From positions 32,001 to 96,000 of IMG/VR virus record IMGVR_UViG_3300027969_000043: a stretch of DNA of 64,000 bases. The stretch is one strand, 5' to 3'. This DNA is from a virus. How positions within the stretch are numbered: position 1 is the first letter of the stretch; each line of letters opens with the position of its first letter. This document shows positions 1 to 10,217 of the stretch, piece by piece. Below the pieces are notes generated by a model. That model was not told the DNA's origin. It worked only from the letters and a program-made list of their open reading frames with translations, and ran no database searches. Made by a program: the position numbers and the translations under genes.

Positions 1-3000
1 GGTAAATCTTACCAGTTAATTGATTTCTATCGATATCTTCTGGGTCGTTACTTAAAACAACTCTGAAATCTACTAAACCTCTTTCGGTTCTAATGCTATC
101 CAATATTGGATTAACAAGTGACAAGAATTGATTTCTTACGATAGTATCATTTTGTTCGAACAACAATCTAATAGCCACAGCAGAGATAAGTTTTCTAGCT
201 TGTAAAAGAAGTCTTCTAACATTGATTCTGTCAAGAGCACTTTCTTTAACTTGTAGTGTTTTATTACCCCAAATCTTAATACCATCAGATGTAAATGTTG
301 CGATTGGGTTGATTCTATTTTCGTAAAGAACATCTCTTTCACTTAAAGTTAACTTCTTACGAGCTTTAAGAGCGTCAACGTCACCTCTTTGAATACCTGC
401 TACTGCGAACCAAGGGAATGCTATGTTATCAGTCAAAGCGATGTTTCTCACAACGTCTCTTGTTGGTGGAACGTAAACATACACATTGTTCTCAGCATCA
501 AGGATTTGAATCCAAGGCCAGTATGTTGCTGTGTAGCTACTATCATACATATCTGATAATTGGTCTGTTACGTCACCAACTGTTAATACTGTTCCTGCAG
601 AATCGGTATCAGGCGTTGTTACAACATATAAAGAGTCAGCTCTGTCTTGCTCAATCATTTCGATACTAGCTTCAACAAGATTTGTGTTATCAAACGTATC
701 AATACCAGGCGTAGCAAACACATTAACATTTACAGCCTCTGGGTTTTTAAATGTCCAGATACCCTCTAAGTAAGCGTAGTAATCAGATGTAATACCTAAA
801 TCACCGTTAGTTAGAGTTTTGTTTGCAAACGTACCTACTGCTAAACCAGCAGCACCCTTGGTACCATTGATAGTAAAGCTATCTAAGTTAGTTCTTCTTG
901 TTCTGTAAGGGTCGAAACCGTCGAATCCGCCATAAGGTGCAAAAGTAAATTTACGAGCGTACACTTTCTCATATGGGCCGTTAGCTAAACCAGCGTCAGT
1001 TCTAAACTGCCAGTCACCAGTATCAAATAAGAATATTGGACTATATGTGTTACCTGAGTTATCAATAACAACTTTAACATTGTCAATTGTAGCACCTGTA
1101 GCGTCGATATCCATGTGGAAACCTTTGGTTAAACCAGTCCACATATCATAATCTTGTCCAACAGGTATACCTTTGTAATCAAAGAAATCAGCGTCTATAC
1201 CTATTGTATTAGATAAACCTAAATAGTATTTACGTTTGTTTTCAAAAGCGCCATATTTTTGCTTATACATTATGCTTGGTGTTTGAACATCAGGGTTAGA
1301 GTTAATTTCATAATCTCTAACTGGGAATCCAACAAAACCAGCTGGGAATGCATCACTTGTATCAGAACTTTCATCAAGTTCAAGTAAAATGTGAGCAGAT
1401 TTTGATGCATATACACCATCTAATGTACCGATTCTTCTAGCAACAAAGTTGTTTGAAGTTGGGTCCATTGTACAACGTGTGTAAGCTTCGATGATATTAG
1501 GTGCCGCATCTGTATCATAAAAACCTCTTACCAATACATCAAACTCTCTTGTATCTGGTTTAATGTTAGCAATTGAAATTTTATATTGTTCGTTTGCTGC
1601 GTTACCGTCAGATATTGTCCAAATTCTAAATAATCTTAACAATTTATTACCTCTTAATTCTGATACAACATAAGGTGTAACAGCTGGTTGGTATTCTTGT
1701 AAGTAGTCAGAGTATTGACCAGCGTAGTCGATAATATCTAAATTGATACCTCTAACTTTACCATCATTAACATACTCAACAAACATTTTATCAAAGAATT
1801 CTTCAACGTATACTGCAGTTTCACCATCTAAAGCAGTTCTACCAAGAACTTTTGTTATGTAATTTCTTTGTGTTCTATCGAAAGAGCAATCATAAGAGAA
1901 TGCACCCTGTGTATTTGATGTACCAATTAAAGCGAATGAACCGTAAGGGTTTTGTTCTGCTGTGGTAATGCTTGAATTAAAATTCAATCCTGTTGTTGCA
2001 CTAACTTGGAATACTGGTAATTGAGTTTGAGCATTAACTTTACCTCTAGAACGAAGCAAAGTAATTAATTTATCCTCAACATCTGCGTATCCTTTACCAA
2101 CAGTATATGTTGTAAAACCAGATGTTGTACCTGTTTTATACATTGATATTGAAGTACCTGAGTAATAGTTTACAACTGCTGATGTTGTACCAGTATTATA
2201 AAACAAACCAGTACCTGAATATACACCTGTAAAACCAGATGTTGTACCTGTTCTATAAACTGTTAATGGGTCACCAGAGAAGTAGAATACATTACCAATA
2301 GTTGTACCTGTTTTATAGTTAATACCAGAACCAGAATAGAATGTTGTAACACCTGAGGCTTGGCCTGATATGTATGCTGCTGTTTGAGCGCCACTATACT
2401 GTATTGTAAATCCAGATGTTGTACCTGAGATAAGTCTAGTGTTTGAAGCACCAGTATAATATTGAATATACCCACTTGTCAAACCAGTATAAATATTTGG
2501 TGTTGATGTTGAACCTGTACTTAAAATAATTGCAACACCATAAACACCAACATAAGTTGTTGCATTTATTGCGGTATAAGAACTAGGAACACCTTGTACA
2601 CTATATAGTAATCCAACACCAGTTCCAGGTGAATTTTTTAAACCAAAATAATTACCTTGCAATATTCCAGCGGTTTCCATTGTATTATATGGTTCACTAG
2701 TTGTTAAATAAGTAACATTTACAGTGCTAGATGTTGTAGCGGCAGTAAATCGTATAAATGAACTAATAAGTGGTGTTGCTCCGCTAAAACCTACCGAACT
2801 TTGATTTAAACTTTGTGGTGTTACACCAGAAGTTGCTGCAGAGAATACCGCAGAAGCACCAACATAAGATGAACCGCTTTGTACAAAACTAAGAGGTACA
2901 CTAAACGATGTACCAACTGGTGCACCACTAAACAATGTGGCTAAACTAAAGTTATTAGCAACATACATTGCATTAAGAACATTGTTATTAATAACATAAC

Positions 3001-4831
3001 TTGTGCTGTTTGTTATTGGGTTTGTTTGATAAGTAATTAACGGATTAGCATTTATAGGGGTGGCAACACCACCTGTAGCACCAGTAGTTGTTGTATTAAT
3101 TGCTGCTGGAACAGTTACTTTACTTACAATAATATAACTTGAAGAAGCACCAGTATAAACCGCACCAGAACCTGTCATAACAAAAGGAATTACACCTCTA
3201 ACACCAGAATTTAACCCAGGTAATGAAGCTAAACTAAATAAAGAAGCGCCATAAAATGCACTTGTTAATGGGTCTGAAATTACAGTATTTGTTAATGAAC
3301 CACTAGTTGTTGCTGTATATCTAATTAATGGGTTATAGTTTGCTGTTGTTGAAACACCAGTACTAGATGCATTGAAATAGTATGGTGTAATACCTGTTTG
3401 TGATACAGTATATGTTGAACTAGCACCAGTAAAAATTGAACCGTTATAAATAAATGATAAAGGTATTGTACTAGTTGTACCAGTTGCTGTTGCGGGTAAT
3501 CCGCTAAGACTAATATTACCAGCTTGGTATAAACTATTAGTTAATGGGTCTGCAATAGTTGCGGTAATTAATGTATTACCAGTTGTTGCTGTATAATTTA
3601 TAAATGGTACAAAACTACCACTAGTTGTAGCCGCAGTTGTTGTTGTATTAATACCACTTTGCGTTAAGCCAGTGGCAATTACAACGTAGTTAGATTCATT
3701 ACCAGTAAAACTAGTACCTACGTTTACATAGTTTCTAGCTATTGAACCAGTCGCACCAACTGCCAAGCTAGATAACCCAGTTAAACTAAAATTTGAGTTA
3801 TTATAACCAGCATTTGTATTTGGCTCGTTGATTTGAACAGCAGAAAGAACACCACCAGTTGTTGATGTATAAACAATAAATGGATTTGTATTTGCGCTAC
3901 TAATTAAAGCAACACTAGCAGCACTTAAAGTCATTGTTGTTGTACCAGCAGAAATAAGTGTATAAACTGCACCAGCACCACTATAATTTGAACCACCAAC
4001 ATTTATAAATGAATTAGAAATAACATCAGATTGACTTATTGTTAGACTAGGCAATGTACTAAGACTAAAATTACCGTTGTTATAAAGGCTTGATAATAGA
4101 GTATCATTTATAGTTACTGTTACCAAATTATTTGAGGCGTCTGCTGTAAATGATGCAAATGGGAGGATACTTACATTTGTTAGTGTTGCACCTGTAGTTG
4201 TTGGGTCTAACACATTTGGTGTTGAACCAGCGTTAACAACCAACAATTGACTGCTAGCACCTGTAAATAAACCACCAACTTTTTCTAGCGAAACACTCAA
4301 CGATAATATTTGACCATTTGTTAATGTTGGTAACAAAGCTAAACTAACACTACCATTGTTAACTAAATAACTTAATAATGGGTCACTAATAGTTGTACCT
4401 ATTAATACGTTAGAGTTTGTTGCAGTATATACAATACTAGGATTATACGAGCTTGTTGTTGCTGTTATTGTTGAATTATCCAAAGCAGCATCCATCGTTA
4501 TACCCCAAGCTTTACCTGCATCATAACCAGAAAAACCAAGAATTCTTGTTACAAATAATTGGTTTGATTGTGATAGATATGATTTTGCGATATATGGTAA
4601 TTCATACAAAGGTGCGCCGTTTCCGTCTGGACCGTTTACCAATGTATTATTTAAACCACCGAAAAACGATTGAAACTCGCCGTAGTTACTTACGAAAATA
4701 GGTTGAAATGCTGGTCCTTTGGTTGTTTCACCCACCAAACCCAATGTCGTAACACCTACTTGACGTGTTACAAATGTTAAGTCTTTTTCTGAGGTGTAGA
4801 CACCTGGACTAACGAATACTTTTTCTGCCAT
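1..4831 (-). CDS. Contractile tail sheath protein (T4 gp18-like), >1610 aa; 3' end lies beyond the left edge of the window; absent from the ORF track
   Basis: Manual translation from ATG at 4831 gives MAEKVFVSPGVYTSEKDLTFVTRQVGVTTLGLVGETTKGPAFQPIFVSNYGEFQSFFGG... In the same frame near the left edge: ...PWFAVAGIQRG...ERDVLYENRINPIATFTSDGIKIWGNKTLQVKESALDRINVRRLLLQARKLISAVAIRLLFEQND...RGLVDFRVV. These are typical sheath N- and C-terminal motifs. Confidence 0.95.
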   Translation of the reverse strand, partial: MAEKVFVSPGVYTSEKDLTFVTRQVGVTTLGLVGETTKGPAFQPIFVSNYGEFQSFFGGLNNTLVNGPDGNGAPLYELPYIAKSYLSQSNQLFVTRILGFSGYDAGKAWGITMDAALDNSTITATTSSYNPSIVYTATNSNVLIGTTISDPLLSYLVNNGSVSLALLPTLTNGQILSLSVSLEKVGGLFTGASSQLLVVNAGSTPNVLDPTTTGATLTNVSILPFASFTADASNNLVTVTINDTLLSSLYNNGNFSLSTLPSLTISQSDVISNSFINVGGSNYSGAGAVYTLISAGTTTMTLSAASVALISSANTNPFIVYTSTTGGVLSAVQINEPNTNAGYNNSNFSLTGLSSLAVGATGSIARNYVNVGTSFTGNESNYVVIATGLTQSGINTTTTAATTSGSFVPFINYTATTGNTLITATIADPLTNSLYQAGNISLSGLPATATGTTSTIPLSFIYNGSIFTGASSTYTVSQTGITPYYFNASSTGVSTTANYNPLIRYTATTSGSLTNTVISDPLTSAFYGASLFSLASLPGLNSGVRGVIPFVMTGSGAVYTGASSSYIIVSKVTVPAAINTTTTGATGGVATPINANPLITYQTNPITNSTSYVINNNVLNAMYVANNFSLATLFSGAPVGTSFSVPLSFVQSGSSYVGASAVFSAATSGVTPQSLNQSSVGFSGATPLISSFIRFTAATTSSTVNVTYLTTSEPYNTMETAGILQGNYFGLKNSPGTGVGLLYSVQGVPSSYTAINATTYVGVYGVAIILSTGSTSTPNIYTGLTSGYIQYYTGASNTRLISGTTSGFTIQYSGAQTAAYISGQASGVTTFYSGSGINYKTGTTIGNVFYFSGDPLTVYRTGTTSGFTGVYSGTGLFYNTGTTSAVVNYYSGTSISMYKTGTTSGFTTYTVGKGYADVEDKLITLLRSRGKVNAQTQLPVFQVSATTGLNFNSSITTAEQNPYGSFALIGTSNTQGAFSYDCSFDRTQRNYITKVLGRTALDGETAVYVEEFFDKMFVEYVNDGKVRGINLDIIDYAGQYSDYLQEYQPAVTPYVVSELRGNKLLRLFRIWTISDGNAANEQYKISIANIKPDTREFDVLVRGFYDTDAAPNIIEAYTRCTMDPTSNNFVARRIGTLDGVYASKSAHILLELDESSDTSDAFPAGFVGFPVRDYEINSNPDVQTPSIMYKQKYGAFENKRKYYLGLSNTIGIDADFFDYKGIPVGQDYDMWTGLTKGFHMDIDATGATIDNVKVVIDNSGNTYSPIFLFDTGDWQFRTDAGLANGPYEKVYARKFTFAPYGGFDGFDPYRTRRTNLDSFTINGTKGAAGLAVGTFANKTLTNGDLGITSDYYAYLEGIWTFKNPEAVNVNVFATPGIDTFDNTNLVEASIEMIEQDRADSLYVVTTPDTDSAGTVLTVGDVTDQLSDMYDSSYTATYWPWIQILDAENNVYVYVPPTRDVVRNIALTDNIAFPWFAVAGIQRGDVDALKARKKLTLSERDVLYENRINPIATFTSDGIKIWGNKTLQVKESALDRINVRRLLLQARKLISAVAIRLLFEQNDTIVRNQFLSLVNPILDSIRTERGLVDFRVVLSNDPEDIDRNQLTGKIY
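2087..4483 (-). repeat. In-frame nested repeat insertion in the sheath: 7 units of about 92 aa followed by 7 units of about 19-20 aa
   Basis: Long units start near 4483, 4213, 3931, 3655, 3379, 3103 and 2812. Their consensus is P.I.YTAT..N.L....I.DPL...LY..GNFSL..LP.L..G....I..SF...G..FTGASS.Y.V...G.T. Short units span 2087-2494 with consensus Y.TGTTSG.T.YYSG. Confidence 0.85.
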
Positions 4832-4876
4832 GTTATTTTTTTTTTACTTTTTTTAAAAATTATTTCTTGTTACTAA

Positions 4877-4884
4877 ATAAATAT
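4877..4884 (-). promoter_or_regulatory. Putative phage late-promoter motif ATATTTAT upstream of the sheath gene
   Basis: The same 8-mer recurs, correctly oriented, in about 10 intergenic gaps ahead of mostly structural genes. A second copy is at 4916-4923. Confidence 0.55.
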
Positions 4885-4994
4885 TCAAGAAAAACCGAAA
4901 ATTAAATATATAAGGATAAATATTTGAAAATTACCATTCTAGGTTTTTTTATGAAAAAATATAAAAATAAAATAACATATTTTTTAACCAAATA

Positions 4995-5576
4995 TTACCA
5001 AGGTAATGGTAAATTAACTATTTGTGGGGATATTTTTTGGTTAATTATATTATCTAATTTTTCTTGTAATAAACTTACGTTTTCTGTACCCTCAATCCAA
5101 CTTATAACGGTATTTTCATTTAAACTACTATAATTAATATACTGTCCATTTAAATTATTAAAACTTGATTGACCTTCAATATTTGCTGTTAAACCAGAAT
5201 CAGATGTTGCATTATATCTCCAGCTTACACCTGTAACAAAATTTTCATACCCCTCAAAATTAGGGATAGTATTAAGACTGTATATAAACCATCTATATGT
5301 TCTTGGATAAACAATATTATATATTTTAATATTAATTTTATTCTGAAAATTACCAATATCATTAGAACTAATAACCATATTAATCAAATCATCTTGTATT
5401 ATTGACGTGTATAAAGATTCTTCAGTATAATAATTTGTACCATCTTCATATGATGTTATATTATTTTCATTTGTACCACGATACCTCCAATCAATTCTTG
5501 ATATATATGTAACATTATTTTCAGAATCTATCGATTCAACATAATTAAGTATTTCAAAAGCATATACTATATTCAT
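4995..5576 (-). CDS. Small tail-fibre-associated protein made of two tandem copies of one domain
   Basis: The two halves align: ISRIDWRYRGTNENNITSYEDG versus VTGVSWRYNATSDSGLTANIEG. It ends in LPW and lies at the end of the fibre/adhesin operon. Confidence 0.55.
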   Translation of the reverse strand: MNIVYAFEILNYVESIDSENNVTYISRIDWRYRGTNENNITSYEDGTNYYTEESLYTSIIQDDLINMVISSNDIGNFQNKINIKIYNIVYPRTYRWFIYSLNTIPNFEGYENFVTGVSWRYNATSDSGLTANIEGQSSFNNLNGQYINYSSLNENTVISWIEGTENVSLLQEKLDNIINQKISPQIVNLPLPW

Positions 5577-5600
5577 TTTATTATTTTTTATAATTTATTA

Positions 5601-6611
5601 TTACCATGTATAAACCCTTACTTCACCACGACCACCAGTACCACCAGCACCACTATTTCCAGTGTTGGTAGCATTACCACCACCACCACCTCCACCACCA
5701 CATGCACCACCATTTCCTCCTGCTTCACCGTTAATATTACCAGAAGCAGCCGCAGCACCCCCACCACCACCACCACCATTACCACATTTTATGGAATTTC
5801 CGCTAGCACCTGTACTACCAGATGTTGGCGCTGTTGAACTATTAGCCCCAGGTGCAGAACCACCACCTGAAATATATGACCCCGAAGTGCCACCAGAAGT
5901 CGGAGCAACACCAACATTACCACTACCAGTACTACCACCAACACCACCGCCACCAGCACCAAATATCGAACTACCCCCATCTTTAGGGATAAGGTTAGTA
6001 ACACCTCTAGAACCGCCAGAGCCACCACCATATTCAGCGTTTCCACTACCTAAACCAGCTGTACTAGAACCTAGTCCAGACGCTCCTTGACCACCTATAG
6101 CTATTAAAGATGCTACTCCAGGTACCCCACCACCGTATGTTGCAGTTGTAGTAATACCACTTAAACCAGCACCACCATTACCACCACCACCACCACCAAC
6201 CTGAGCTGTCGTTGCTGACAAACCACCAATACCACCACCACCAGCATAACCAATTAATTGTGTTGCTCCAGAACTAAAAAAAGAGTTTTCACCATTACCA
6301 CCACCTCTTCCAATACCAGAAATAGTTACACTAGCCCCACCAATACCGCCAGAACCAACAAATATTGGTTCTGTACTAGACAACGTACTTGCTAAATAAA
6401 ATTTTTCAGCATATGCGCCACCACCACCACCAGTCCCACCCGTTCTATTATTACCGTTGTTTGCTTTTGCGCCACTACCACCTCCACCCCCAGCACCAAT
6501 ACATACAACATATACGAATTTTGCACCTGTCGGTTTTACCCAAGTCGAATTACCAACAGTTGTAAACACCTGTAAATCTGGTACTTCGTTTATATTATTA
6601 TTTATTGCCAT
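5601..6611 (-). CDS. Glycine-rich (polyglycine-II bundle type) virion adhesin, paralog 3
   Basis: Repeated GGGGG tracts separated by variable loops. Conserved ends QVFTTVGNSTWVKPTGAKFVYVVCIGAGGGGG and GGRGEVRVYTW. Confidence 0.75.
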   Translation of the reverse strand: MAINNNINEVPDLQVFTTVGNSTWVKPTGAKFVYVVCIGAGGGGGSGAKANNGNNRTGGTGGGGGAYAEKFYLASTLSSTEPIFVGSGGIGGASVTISGIGRGGGNGENSFFSSGATQLIGYAGGGGIGGLSATTAQVGGGGGGNGGAGLSGITTTATYGGGVPGVASLIAIGGQGASGLGSSTAGLGSGNAEYGGGSGGSRGVTNLIPKDGGSSIFGAGGGGVGGSTGSGNVGVAPTSGGTSGSYISGGGSAPGANSSTAPTSGSTGASGNSIKCGNGGGGGGGAAAASGNINGEAGGNGGACGGGGGGGGNATNTGNSGAGGTGGRGEVRVYTW

Positions 6612-6623
6612 AATTATTTTTTT

Positions 6624-7610
6624 TTAAAAAGTATACACTCTTACTTCACCACGACCACCAGCACCACCATTACCAGCACCAATATCCGCACCACAACCAC
6701 CTCCACCACCTCCACCGCCTGCACCGCCTACACCACCATTACCACCTATTGTGTTTGGTGTTATTGTTCCACCACCACCACCACCACCAACACCATATGA
6801 AGTACCTGTACCACCTGATGTTGGTGATGCACCATTTGTACCGCCTGAAGCACCACCACCAACAACATAAGAACGACTAGTACCGCCTGAGGTTGAATTT
6901 ACAAGTATAGTACCAAGATAATTTGAGGTTCCACCAGCACCACCACCGCCACCACCAAATAATGATGAACCTCCAGGACCAATTGCTGGTGTAAGACTAC
7001 CATCATGACCACAACCACCTCCACCACCATATTCAGTTAAACCTCCATTAGTTGGGTTACTACCACCACTTGCCCCCGTACCACCAATACAAGTTTGAGC
7101 CACTACAGGGCTTACTGCGGCATAACCTGGTTGCCCTCCAATAGCAACCAATGAATCACCAACACTACCAGCCCCACCAGTACCACCACCACCACCACCA
7201 CCAGCACCTATATCAATACCACCTCTAGCACCACCACCACCACCATAACTAACCAAATATGTTGTTGCACCTGTACCAAAAAAAGAACTACCACCAATTC
7301 CACCAGATGTTGTTGACCCTGAAAGTCCACTGGTACCACCAGTACCACCAGCACCTACAACAATAGGCACCGTGTTAGCTAAATCACTTGCACTAAATAC
7401 TTTATAAGCAAAAGCACCACCACCACCACCAGCACCACCCCATTTAGGTGCTGTTCCTAAAGAGTATGAAGCACCACCACCACCTCCACCAGCACCAATA
7501 CACACAACATATACGAATTTTGCACCAGTCGGTTTTATCCATGTCGAACTACCAACAGTTGTAAACACCTGTATGTTTCTTGCAGAATTTATACTATTAT
7601 TTATTGCCAT
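6624..7610 (-). CDS. Glycine-rich virion adhesin, paralog 2
   Basis: Same architecture and conserved termini as its neighbours. Confidence 0.75.
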   Translation of the reverse strand: MAINNSINSARNIQVFTTVGSSTWIKPTGAKFVYVVCIGAGGGGGGASYSLGTAPKWGGAGGGGGAFAYKVFSASDLANTVPIVVGAGGTGGTSGLSGSTTSGGIGGSSFFGTGATTYLVSYGGGGGARGGIDIGAGGGGGGGTGGAGSVGDSLVAIGGQPGYAAVSPVVAQTCIGGTGASGGSNPTNGGLTEYGGGGGCGHDGSLTPAIGPGGSSLFGGGGGGAGGTSNYLGTILVNSTSGGTSRSYVVGGGASGGTNGASPTSGGTGTSYGVGGGGGGGTITPNTIGGNGGVGGAGGGGGGGGCGADIGAGNGGAGGRGEVRVYTF

Positions 7611-7623
7611 TTTTAATTTATTA

Positions 7624-8616
7624 TTACCACGAATAAACCCTTATTTCACCGCGACCACCAGCACCGCCAGTGCCACCACTGCTAGCACGTGTACCGCCCC
7701 CACCACCTCCACCACCGCCACCAGGCGCACCACCAACACCACCATTAGTACCTGCTGTATTTAAAGTTGCGGTTCCACCGCCACCTCCACCTCCATCGCC
7801 AGAACCATTACCTTTATTTGTACCTGTTCCACCCGAAGTTGGTGATATACCACTTGTTCCAAAAGCACCACCCGTAATACCAGTATAAGTACCTGAACTT
7901 CCGCCTGGTTTTGCGTCATAAACAGTCGGTACGCTATTTGCACCTCCACCAGCACCGCCTCCGCCACCACCATATAATGAACATCCGCCTGAAAAATTAA
8001 TACCAGTCGTCGAAGTTCCACCACCCCCAGCACCACCATATTGAGCAGCACCACCCGACGGAGCAGCAATTGTTCCAGCGCCACCAGTGCCACCAAAAGC
8101 TAAAGTGGTTGTACTTGCTCCTGCTGGATTACCACCTGCAACAGCGGCACCAGCACCAGCAGCACCAACACTAACAGTACCACCTCCACCACCACCTGAA
8201 TTAGAAACTGCCGTAACTCTACCCCCAGCACCAGAACCACCTCCATAGGCTGTTAATATTGTTAAACCTGAACTAAATATTGAATTACCACCTGTAGAAC
8301 CAATAACACCTACGTTAGAGGCATTACCAGCACCACCCGCACCACCAGTCCCACCCGAGGCAACTGTAATTGGTTCTGATAACGATAACTCCGAGGCTAA
8401 GTAAAGTTTTGAAACAAAAGAAGCCCCTCCACCGCCACCACCACCCATTCTATATGTTGCTCCAGATGCTGAACCTCCGCCACCTCCGCCACCTCCGCCA
8501 CCAATACATTCAACATACACGAATTTAACCCCAACGGGTTTTATCCAAGTATTAGAACCTACGGACGTAAATATTTGAACGTTTGAAACTTCATTTATAC
8601 TATTATTTACTGCCAT
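7624..8616 (-). CDS. Glycine-rich virion adhesin, paralog 1
   Basis: Same architecture: MAVNNSINEV...GGRGEIRVYSW. Confidence 0.75.
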   Translation of the reverse strand: MAVNNSINEVSNVQIFTSVGSNTWIKPVGVKFVYVECIGGGGGGGGGGSASGATYRMGGGGGGGASFVSKLYLASELSLSEPITVASGGTGGAGGAGNASNVGVIGSTGGNSIFSSGLTILTAYGGGSGAGGRVTAVSNSGGGGGGTVSVGAAGAGAAVAGGNPAGASTTTLAFGGTGGAGTIAAPSGGAAQYGGAGGGGTSTTGINFSGGCSLYGGGGGGAGGGANSVPTVYDAKPGGSSGTYTGITGGAFGTSGISPTSGGTGTNKGNGSGDGGGGGGGTATLNTAGTNGGVGGAPGGGGGGGGGGTRASSGGTGGAGGRGEIRVYSW

Positions 8617-8623
8617 AAAACAA

Positions 8624-9745
8624 TTAATTTAATGTTATCGTACCTACCGCAGATACCACAGTAAATACCGTATTTGCACTAGTACAAACTAATCTAATAG
8701 AATCACCATTATTTTGTGAAACTAATGTACCTGATGTTTGTGTTGTCGTTATAATACCAAATCTTATAAATTGATTTACGTTTTGTGTTATTGTAAATAA
8801 ACTATCTGACGCTGAAACAACTTCAATAACACTACCCAAGCTTGCGGATACTGGCAAATTAATTAATGTTGTGCCTGTTGTTATATATCCATTATTAGTT
8901 GATGCTGTTATTGGAGACGTTGCAAATTGCCATGTTAATCCACCACTACCAGTACTAAAACCTGTTATTGTGTTTCCATTAACATTTCCCGTTCCACTTA
9001 ATGTGATTGTTCCGTTAGAATATGTTCCACCTGTAACAGCATTAACATTTTGATATGTTGTTGCTGATATTGTATTTGCTGTTAACCCACTAATAAATGA
9101 TGTTGCACCACTAACTGTACCACCTGTAAAAGATGTTGCTGTATTTGTACTAAAACCTGTAATTTGTATTCCGTTAACACCACCACTACCACTAAGCGTA
9201 AGCGTTCCGTTTAAATAAGAACCACCTGTAACAGCACTAATGGTGTAAGTAACTGCCGCACTACTATTTGATGTAACACTCAATACATTACCTGATAGTG
9301 TAGTTGCACTAATATAAGTAGGTAAATTAAGATACGTTGTTGCACTTATTGTATTTGCCGTTAATCCTGATAATAAAGTATTACCTGTAACATTTAATGT
9401 GTTTGCGGTTAATCCCGATTGGAATATTGTATTTCCCGTTACCGTACCCCCACTTAATGGGAGATACGCTCCCGACGTAGATGAACTACCCGTATATGCG
9501 GACAGGCTTATTGTAAATGCAGAATACTGTCCTGTTATATTTTGCCTTAAAGTTATTGTATTACTAGATAACGTAAACCCCGTAACAAACGTATCAGTTG
9601 TAACTGGTAAGTTAAGATATGTTGTTGCAGATAACGTATTTGCTGTCAGACCACTAACAATTATATTGTCAAAATTACCACTAGCGTTTAACTGCGGATA
9701 CCCATATGGCTGATTAGCCCTATCTAATGTTATTATTGTCTTCAT
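8624..9745 (-). CDS. Short tail fibre/adaptor with shared S/T/G modules and a C-terminal gp9/gp10-like beta-sandwich
   Basis: Contains GLTANTISATTY and DTFVTGFTLSSNTITL modules. The C-terminus is LTWQ...NNGY...INLP.SASLGSVIEVV...GDSIRLVC...FTVVSAVGTIT. Confidence 0.65.
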   Translation of the reverse strand: MKTIITLDRANQPYGYPQLNASGNFDNIIVSGLTANTLSATTYLNLPVTTDTFVTGFTLSSNTITLRQNITGQYSAFTISLSAYTGSSSTSGAYLPLSGGTVTGNTIFQSGLTANTLNVTGNTLLSGLTANTISATTYLNLPTYISATTLSGNVLSVTSNSSAAVTYTISAVTGGSYLNGTLTLSGSGGVNGIQITGFSTNTATSFTGGTVSGATSFISGLTANTISATTYQNVNAVTGGTYSNGTITLSGTGNVNGNTITGFSTGSGGLTWQFATSPITASTNNGYITTGTTLINLPVSASLGSVIEVVSASDSLFTITQNVNQFIRFGIITTTQTSGTLVSQNNGDSIRLVCTSANTVFTVVSAVGTITLN

Positions 9746-9752
9746 ATATTAA

Positions 9753-10199
9753 TTATGAGAATTTACCACCTCTCCATTTATCTTTTATTGCAACAAATTG
9801 ATATTGGTCTGTTGAACCAATTGAAGTAATTTGTGAGTTACTACCTTTATCATATGGTTGAAAACCATTATTATTTATAGTAATACTGTTACTACCATCA
9901 CTATTTATGACCGTAATTGTTTGACCCGTTAAAGTTGTTGGGTTTGGAAAAAACAATTCATTACCACCCGATGCGGTAATAATTTCATAAACACCTCCAC
10001 CCGATATAGTGTAATTACCACTAGATAAATCAATATCTGGATAGGTTGGTGACGCTGTTGTAAATGTTGGAAACGAAGAATTTCCAGTACTATTGGTTAC
10101 CACCAATTGACCTAATGAGTTTAATGAAAGTATTAATTTGCTTACATCTGATGAAGCTGGGACACTTGCGTTTTTATCTAATTCTATGTAACTTGGCAT
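9753..10199 (-). CDS. Small virion/fibre protein, possible gp9/gp10-like beta-sandwich
   Basis: Pattern LFFPNPTTLTGQTITVIN...YQFVAIKDKW; sits in the tail operon. Confidence 0.5.
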   Translation of the reverse strand: MPSYIELDKNASVPASSDVSKLILSLNSLGQLVVTNSTGNSSFPTFTTASPTYPDIDLSSGNYTISGGGVYEIITASGGNELFFPNPTTLTGQTITVINSDGSNSITINNNGFQPYDKGSNSQITSIGSTDQYQFVAIKDKWRGGKFS

Positions 10200-10217
10200 A
10201 TATTTTAATTTTTGTTT

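Noticed and set aside
136-4701. Short track ORFs 136-342, 418-669, 2263-2475 and 4453-4701
   Set aside because: All lie inside the sheath reading frame on other frames or the opposite strand and have no protein-like features.
5662-7888. Proline-rich plus-strand ORFs (5662-6090, 7670-7888)
   Set aside because: These are antisense shadows of GGT/GGA glycine codons in the adhesin genes.
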